A stretch of DNA of 61,928 nt, counting the filler, from Basidiobolus ranarum (taxonomy: Eukaryota): assembly GCA_040143965.1 (NCBI GenBank). It is 7 parts of 7 records of this genome, joined end to end, with 100 filler letters (N's around TTAATTAATTAA, not from the genome) between each part and the next. Parts side by side here need not be neighbours in the genome. Positions count along the whole stretch, not along the records: positions 53,184 to 61,928 come from JASJQH010000927.1; 6 more parts are not named here. One strand, written 5' to 3'. Made by a program: the position numbers and the translations under genes. Positions within the stretch are counted from its first letter, which is position 1, and each line of letters begins with the position of its first letter. The notes under the pieces were generated by a model, which saw only the letters and a list, made by a program, of their open reading frames with translations, made no database searches and was not told the origin of the DNA. This document shows positions 53,486 to 61,928 of this stretch, piece after piece.

Positions 53486-55703
53486 GTTGTATATTGTGAA
53501 GCAGGTGCAATTACTCAAGTAATGGGGGGAGGGTTGTTTCTAGGAATGGCTCACGATATGCTTTTATAAAGAAAGAGATCTGAATTGTAGAATTGAATCA
53601 ATTGTGTGTGACTATTACGAATTATTTTATAGGCTTCAATGTTCTTTGCTATTAAGATGTGGGGAATTCCGAACGGAGCCCCTGCCCCCCCTACTCATTA
53701 CTTATCAACGAGTCTGATCATACTGTTTCTAAGATTTATTGACACAATTAATGACGCATTAAGTCAATTCTCTAATTTCCACTCGCTGTGTCGTATTAAA
53801 TCATTTCCTGCAAATGGGGAGTTAAGGGTAAACACAGATATCTCCACAAAATTAACGAAGTTTTATTAAGGATTTCTCAGCAAACATAATAAAGTGGCAA
53901 ATGTTGATAGAATCCATTCAGCAACCGGAAAGTGTAGGTATCTGATGAATGGGTTACATTATTTTGCCTCTTTTTAGAAAGAGGATGGAGTACGCATTTC
54001 TTCAATGCTATGGAATCAAGGATGCTCCTTGGAGTGCTATTTTTCGTGGTCAAAATATTCATTTGAGGAGCGCATGGATCCTCTGCACATTAAGGGTGTG
54101 AAAGCTTTCTGTCCAGTTGATCTATGTCAGTATACTAAGGTTGTTATATGTCAGTTGCAAAACGCTTGTCCAAAGAAAACCAAGTTACAATGACAGCAGT
54201 GATCAGTGAGCGTTAGCTCTTAGCATTTCTGTGCATAACTATAATCGAATTCACATAATATATTGGCCACAAGAAATGGATGACATCTATTGTATGTACT
54301 GGTATATATTAACAGTGTATTCTGATCGGTCAAAGTTACATTGTTGACATACCTTATACTTGGAGTTTCTTATATCATTATCATGGCCAATCTATTCCCT
54401 CTTAATACTGAAAAACCATGATAGGATTGCTTTCTTGGAGCACACAAAATAATTATAGATATTTCTTAATCAATATTGGGGACTGTCTACTGGCTTCTCT
54501 TCTTCTATTATATCTTATTTACAAAGATTGCAAGTGCTATAAATTATCACTACAACAGTGCATTCCACAACTGTTGAACTGCAGTCGCAATCGCTTGGAT
54601 GCATCATTATGTCTTCTATCATCTACATTACATCTCCGATACGAATCTGAACAAAGAAATCTGAGTGAAAGCAATTACATATTCGCAATGGGCCTAGATT
54701 TATAGCAAGAGAATAAAGTTCCACCACGTAGACGGGAGATGCATAAATATGGAAAGTGTAATATAAGAGAAAGTGTGTCTACAGTGCTACTGACTCACTT
54801 TGTAAGCATATGGATGTTCAATGCGCTGACGGTGTTTCATTTAGAGGTAAAAGAAATAGTATTGATAGTAACTTACTACCAAATATGCTTTGATGTCCCT
54901 AGATCACCTGCAGCAAGAATGAGAAGGATCGATATGAACGTCAATCTTCTGATTCTTGATCCAAATTCACAGTTGCTTAATGCACTCCTAACTCTTGCAT
55001 AGCTGATCCGACTTTATCTGGGATGGTACTTTGACTTACTATTCTCAGGTCATGATCCACAACTAGAGGCATAATACGGCAGCTATTATAGTGTTATACT
55101 CAACTGTATGTACACCAGAATAACTGAAACAATGACTGGATCCGCAAACTTGAGTCAAGCTAAGAAACTATGATAGCATCATTAAGAACACATATTCAAC
55201 GATGCATAATTAGGATTGACATGAATCCAGAGTAATTTGTAGCACTCATTACACTGTTCCTGCAGTCATCATATATTCTAATCAAGGGGCAACCTGCATG
55301 TATAATGGTTGGTGAATGAACATTCTTACTATTCGCGGATGAACAATTCAAATTCTTATGACGATTTGCAAATTTTCCATGATGCTCAAACACCAACGCT
55401 CAACAGTTGTGTATCATGAATTGATAGATATTCGGAAGTAGACAGGCTACCAATGGAGGAATCCGAATCTTTAGTGATGGTGGCTAATCTCTATTCTCCG
55501 TAGACATAAAGTCCTACCCCTAATACTAAACTTGGGTTAGGATGAAACTTGATATTCATCTCCAGGATAACATTCTATTTGTCTATAAATATCCCTAAAC
55601 CGCCTTGTGGTTTGGATGCTAATAACTCCCTTTTTGATACCAAAGCAAGCATAGCATCAATAAACACTACTCCTACAGTGAATCGCTACATAGCATTCAA
55701 AAC

Positions 55704-58700
55704 ATGGCCTCAATTCATGAAAACCGGAAAAGTAAGTACACTGTTAAATCCACAGGGCTACTGATAGATGTAGAGAAGAGAGAGCCCCAAAATCTTTCTG
55801 ATGTCATCCTAGAAAAAAGTTCGGAAGAAAAGCCAGCCACACCAACAGTCAGCTTGCGAGAGCTATTCAACTTCGCTACTAAATTTGACTGGATTTTGAT
55901 GTTCGTTGGTCTTCTGGCGGCATTAATTTCTGGTGCAGCTGTGCCCTTAGAGACGTCAGTATCCCATTCAGTTATATTATGACTTTCTAATAATAATCAA
56001 AGCTAAACTCTTGCTTTTAGGGTCCTCTTGGGTCACTTGATCAATACCTTTAAGGAATTCGGGATAAAAACCGCGTCTGGAGTAGTTACCCCTGAAGATG
56101 TCACTAATTTTCGCACAGAAGTGAATAGTTGCGCTTTGTACTATGTATACCTTTCCATTATAATTCTATTCACCACATACGCTTATATGTCTACTTGGGT
56201 CTATGCTGGTGAACGACAAACCAGAAAAATACGGGAGTCCTATCTGGCTGCTGTGCTCCGTCAAGAGATAGCTTGGTTTGACAAGTTCGGGGCTGGTGAA
56301 ATTACTACGAGAATAACTAGTGATACTAATTTAATTCAGGATGGCATCTCCGAAAAGTTTCCGCAAAGCTGCACTTACCTATTTACTTTCATATCAGCAT
56401 TTATCATTGCTTTTACGTGTAGTTGGAAGCTTACTTTGGCCCTTAGCAGTATTATTCCTGTTATGGTCACATCCGCTACTATCACAAATATATTTGTTAG
56501 TAAATATGTGCAGCGAGCCCTAGATCATTACTCGGTATCTGGAACACTGGCCGAAGAGGTGATATCATCCATTCGAACTGCAACCGCATTTGGTCAACAG
56601 AAAAAGCTCTCTGAGATGTACAATCAAAACCTAGAACTGGCTAGAAAACAGGGCGTCAAGAAGGCTCTGGCATCCGGTATCGGAATTGGCGTGATCTTCT
56701 TTACTCTCTATAATGTATACGGTCTTACTTTTTGGCTTGGTGGAAGACTGCTAAATAGTAACGATGCTAATATTGGAAACATATTCAATGTCTTATTTGC
56801 AGTCGTTTTAGGCGCCGTTGCTCTAGGACAAATCACACCAAATCTTCAGGCATTCGCTCTCGCACAAGGTGCAGCAGCAAAACTGTACGATGTCATTTAT
56901 CAGATTTCTGCCATCGATTCATCATCCAAGGAAGGTATCAAACCTGCGGAGAAAACACATGGCTTGATAGAATTCCGTGATATTCATTTCACTTACCCAT
57001 CCCGCCCGAATGTTTCAATTTTGAAAGGCGTTAGCATAACTGTCAAGCCCGGAACGACGGTTGCTTTAGTTGGAACTAGCGGATCAGGCAAATCCACCAT
57101 TATTCAGTTATTAGAGAGGTTCTATGATCCACTTGAGGGAGAAATCCTGCTAGATGGATGCCCTATTCAGTACTTAAATGTTCATTGGCTTAGACGTCAA
57201 ATTGGCTTGGTGTCACAAGAGCCGTCGCTCTTCAAGTGCACTATCGCAGAGAATATAGCCCATGGTTTAATTGGAAGTCCGCACGAAAATGCAAGTATGG
57301 AGAATAAGATGGAGCTAGTCCAAGAAGCCTGCAAAATAGCCAACGCGCACGATTTTATAATGTTGCTGCCGAATAAGTATGATACTCATGTAGGTGAAAG
57401 AGGTTTTCTGCTTTCTGGTGGCGAAAAGCAACGTATTGCCATTGCTAGGGCCATTGTTAAAGATCCACGTATCCTCTTATTGGACGAAGCTACATCAGCG
57501 CTGGACACCCAGTCAGAAAGTATGGTTCAACAAGCTCTGGATCGTGCTAGCTCTGGTAGAACCACGATTGTAATTGCCCATCGCCTTTCAACCATTCGCA
57601 ATGCTGATCAAATCGTGGTCATGGAATGTGGGCAAGTTGTGGAAACGGGAACACATAATTCTTTGTTGAGAGAAAAGGGTTTCTACTACAAATTGGTCGA
57701 ACTACAGAATGTCGGCCATCAAGGTGAGGAACCTAAAGTTTCTCCGTCGACTGAGACTGTATCTATCTTCAGGCCCAAATCCCACGATTTCGACTCCTCA
57801 CAACAGATCAATCAGCCTCTCATTACTTCAGTTGGTAGTAGGAATGATATCGAAGAGGCCTTTGTCCCACAGTATTCATTCACTTACGTTTTCTATCGTG
57901 TATTCTTGCTAAACAAACCGGAGTTAAAATTCATACTTGGTGGATTGTTTGGCTCTATAATATCAGGAGCTGCATACCCTACTTTCTCTATTATATTTGC
58001 TGAAGTGGTTACTATGCTAAGTAGCGAGAACGACAGCGAAATAATTACTCGTAAGACGTCTTTCTGGGCTTTACTTCTCTTGGGCAATTCGATTGTGATA
58101 CTGATAGCTTATACTACCCAAGGGGCTTTCTTTGGAATATCTGGAGAAAGATTGTCGGAGCGAATTCGAGCCATGTCATTTGCTAAAATGCTGAACCAAG
58201 AAATTGGATGGTTTGACCGTGAAGAGAACAACACTGGTGCTCTCGTATCTGCTCTATCTACTGATGCCACTCAAATTCAAGGAGTCAGTGGCTCTACAGT
58301 TGGCACAATACTGCAGGCGATTGTCAATATCGTTGGTGGAATCATAGTCGGATTGGCGTACGGTTGGAAGTTTACTGTCGTAGTGATGGGATGTATTCCA
58401 CTCTTAATAGGTACTGAAATGATTCATATGAAAGTAATTGAAGGTAATCAAAAAAAGACTAAAGCCGCGTACGCACAGTCAGCGCAACTAGCGTGCGAGG
58501 CTGTATCCGCGATCAAGACTGTAGCATCTCTTACTCGTGAACAAGATGTCTCTCGGGAATATCATATTGCATTAGAAGAGCCAGTGAAAGCTGGTAAGCG
58601 AAACGCCTTTGGATCGTCATTTGTATTTGCTCTCTCACAAACGATTCTATTCCTAATCAATGCTCTTGGGTTTTGGTATGGAGGAAGACTATTATCTACA

Positions 58701-59669
58701 ATCACTTATTCTGGTATAGCTACTATTCCGGAATATGAAGCGAAACAATTCTATATAGTTTATTTGGCACTTATTTCGGGCTCTCAAAATGCTGGTAATA
58801 TATTCTCGTTGATCCCTGACCTAAGCAAGGCCAAGCATGCTGCCAGCAGAATAATTACCTTGTTAGATCGTCAACCTATCATCGATGTTGCGAATGCTCA
58901 AGGTGATAAAGTGAATTCAGTCGCAGGCCATATTACCTTCCGGAATGTTCACTTTCGCTATCCTACCCGTCCTGAGATTCCGGTACTTCGGGGCTTAGAT
59001 CTCGACATTAAGCCTGGACAATTTGCGGCATTAGTAGGGCCCTCAGGTTGTGGTAAGAGTACAGTAATTAGTCTTACAGAGCGTTTCTACGACGCTCTAA
59101 CTGGAAGTGTCATGATTGATGGACAGGACGTGTGTCACTTGAATATCAGTGATATACGTAAGAATATAGCCTTAGTCGGACAAGAACCCACACTCTATGA
59201 TATGACCATTAAAGAGAATATTTGCTTTGGACTCACTGAACGTGTTCCAACAAAGGCAGAAATCGAACAGGCTGCTCGGGATTCCAATAGTCATGATTTT
59301 ATTATGTCACTTCCTCTAGGATATGATACCCCTCTTGGTGGCAAAGGTGCCCAACTCTCTGGCGGTCAAAAGCAACGGATTGCAATTGCTCGTGCGTTGA
59401 TTCGACAACCCAAGATTCTGCTACTTGATGAAGCAACGTCAGCTCTGGATGCCACCTCCGAAAGTGTTGTCCAAGCTGCTCTCGACAATGCCTCCAAAGG
59501 ACGAACGACCATAGCAGTTGCACATCGATTATCCACTATCCGGAAGGCCGATGTTATCCACGTATTTAAAAATGGAGTGGTTAATGAGAAAGGCAGCCAT
59601 GAAGAGCTTATGGCCCTCAAAGGCCAGTACTATTCCCTCGTTAACCAACAAAATCTGAGCATAATCTGA
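55704..59669 (+). CDS. Full-length ABCB1/MDR (P-glycoprotein) transporter, one intron 55955-56020
   Basis: TMD-NBD-TMD-NBD; Walker A GTSGSGKS and GPSGCGKS; signatures LSGGEKQR and LSGGQKQR; LLLDEATSALD twice. The intron restores the frame. Confidence 0.96.
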
Positions 59670-60499
59670 ATGAGAGCATATGCAGTACTTTCTTTGCATT
59701 CTAACCTATACAACACATACAATTTAGTCCATAGCAAAGTCCTGATGTGTACTATTCATACAGTAATACTAAGTGGCGACACCTTTGTAAATCTTGGTTT
59801 TACTACGCATCCGGAAATGTCATGTACATGTCTACATTTGTAATTTACCTTCGTTCCGAAGCCGCTAATATCTCTACGATACGAACAGAATGACTTTGCA
59901 TTCACAAATATTAATAATGTATCACAGCATGTCTATGCGTTTACTGTAATATGGTTAAGATAGCAAGATATTAAAGGCAATGTCAAATTCTTATTCTCCT
60001 TACCGTAAGCTCACTTCGAAGTTGTGGTATCTTTGTCCTGGCTTAGTTAAAAAGGTTAAACTGATGGGCCGTGAACGTTGTAATGTTAATGGCCATATTG
60101 CCTGTGAACTCTGCGGATTATCTCGTGAATTATCATGTACACTCTACTGCTAATATCACATTTATTTTTTTGTGTCTTAATCTTTAAGCTTGTGGGTATG
60201 CTAAAGGCGCGATGTCAGGTCAGACCTCCTGTAATACCATAATTTCAGCATAGATGCAATCCGTGAGATATTCTGAAACAAATGAAGTCTTTTCAGTTCG
60301 CTATTGACCGTATTTACTAGACAACATATCAGTCAAATTTAAAACATCAGTTGTGTGCTCTTGCAATAGTTCTTTGAATTAGTATCCTTTTTTCACACTA
60401 TACTATGACATATCTGTTGAAATCTGTAATTTAACAATATATCTAAAATGGAAGATATAGAGCAAAACTGCTTCTGTATCTTAAATTGCTGGGTCATAT

Positions 60500-60800
60500 C
60501 AGAACCTTATAAGTCTAGGTATCAGGTATAAGAACATCTAAGTATAGCCTGATTAGATACTGGAATATATGGACTGATCTTAGAGTACCTTGGTAGAGTT
60601 TCGGCGGTCTCAGGTTCAAGAATTGGCCAGGCCAATATATCTTTGTAATGGACTCCAACTGAAATTTGAGTTTTTTTGCTTTCAGTTGGCCCTATAAATC
60701 TTGAGGGAAAAATAATTGGCTTACGGATTGTTAAATTATTCATAACTTCCGAGCATGGCTTATTATTTGCATTTGATCAACAATCCAAGTGAATTAATTG
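60500..60800 (-). mobile_element. Possible Helitron Rep remnant
   Basis: WIVDQ followed (other frame) by IRKPIIFPSRFIGP resembles Helitron 'QYIVD...GKRIILPSSFxG'; spacing shorter than expected. Confidence 0.25.
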
Positions 60801-61733
60801 CTACAGAGCACAATCAGTGTTCAAATAACTGTCAGTATGCTGTAATGATGTACGTGTTGGAATATTGTCAACTGATACGCCAATATTGAAACAATGACTA
60901 AGTGTAGAATATGAGAGTTTAGTATTGAATATAAGGCTAGATCAACTATCATGAGCATGCTTGCGAAATATCATTGGTATCCCAAGGCTAGTAAATACTA
61001 ACCAAGCATATGTAACTATCTATATATGTTTCTTGAATATTAAATTTACACATCTAAGCAAGTATCTATCAAAATGTCATGTCCTTTTGTTATAAGAAAG
61101 AGTGTTTTGAAAGCTTTTTGAGCATTGAGAAGATCTGTCAAAGAATTTAGACAACCTACTACAAAAATACCCTTTGCCATGAGCCCAACCCTATGTGAAC
61201 CGCAGATATGGCTTCCTATATAAGTAGAGAAGACCAAGAAATTTGTTAATGGAAAATACTAAATCAAGAATATATGTACTTAAACTAATTTACTGACAAT
61301 CCTGCATTCAAAAATATATAGTATCCCAAAGAGTGATCAAATAACTTTCCTTAAGTCCAAGACTTTTATTGGGCTCTTGTTAGGCTATGTGGCAAGTCTT
61401 AAGTAGAATCACAGATTAAATGCAGAGATATTATCATTTGAAAAATGCAAGCGAAAAAGGTGAATCGGTTATGAGCATCACTATATGTTTCCCAAGATCA
61501 AAGAGTTTTATTCATGAATAAGAAACTGTAGCAGTATAAGTAGCTGGTAAGAGGGGAATGGCTAACTCACTTGTTATTCAATCGAATGACCGAGTTAAAT
61601 AGATCAATAAGTCAAATATAATTTTAGTGCAAGTATATTGAGTTAACATGCGATAAGTAAAACCAATATTAATTCATTACCACAAGATAACCAAAATGCA
61701 ATCACATGTCATACGAAACCAAACTTAGCATGG

Positions 61734-61928
61734 TTACTCCCGACTGGTGAATATTAGACCTGTCCTGACTGGTGAACCGAATCTAATATTAAGCATTTGA
61801 GCACCCACTGCAGGATCTTCAAATTCAACTTTCGAATAGGCAGTGACGATCATACAAACGACGGTTTTGATCTCTTGAATGGCTAAGTAACGACCTGGAC
61901 AAGAACGTTGTCCAACACCAAATGGAAG
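61734..61928 (-). CDS. Cytochrome P450 C-terminus (gene enters from beyond the window end)
   Basis: LPFGVGQRSCPGRYLAIQEIK...LIFTSRE*, with the heme-binding FxxGxRxCPG motif; not in the ORF track. Confidence 0.92.
   Translation of the reverse strand, partial: LPFGVGQRSCPGRYLAIQEIKTVVCMIVTAYSKVEFEDPAVGAQMLNIRFGSPVRTGLIFTSRE

Noticed and set aside
53201-53518. 105-aa unspliced ORF as a complete small protein
   Set aside because: A phase-0 GT-AG intron gives a better P450-like N-terminus that continues off the contig.

Overview
Eukaryotic, AT-rich DNA with short GT-AG introns, most consistent with an early-diverging (non-Dikarya) fungus; Basidiobolus/Zoopagomycota-like is an unconfirmed inference. 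The window is not one locus. It is seven contigs of decreasing length (8783, 8776, 8765, 8760, 8753, 8746, 8745 bp) joined by identical 100-bp N44-TTAATTAATTAA-N44 linkers, so linkage only holds within a contig. Contig 1: Sel1-repeat protein, a ZMYND15-like gene with an in-frame TGA, an Aven-like gene missed by the ORF track, PDI, partial C2H2 factor. Contigs 2-3: nested, CpG-depleted, dead Ty1/copia and Ty3/gypsy elements. Contig 4: GT1 glycosyltransferase, PY-motif membrane protein with a duplicated upstream region, hAT remnant carrying a solo LTR. Contig 5: DUF726/TMCO4, a GH31 alpha-glucosidase with two trefoil domains, 5' part of a divergent RPB2. Contig 6: multicopper oxidase end, DBF4, Sec7-PH ArfGEF, partial HAM1-like gene. 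Contig 7: P450 - ABCB/MDR transporter - P450. Best leads: the fungal Aven homolog, the ZMYND15 in-frame TGA, the double-trefoil GH31 and the P450-ABC-P450 block. Family calls rest on motifs recalled from memory; no searches were run.
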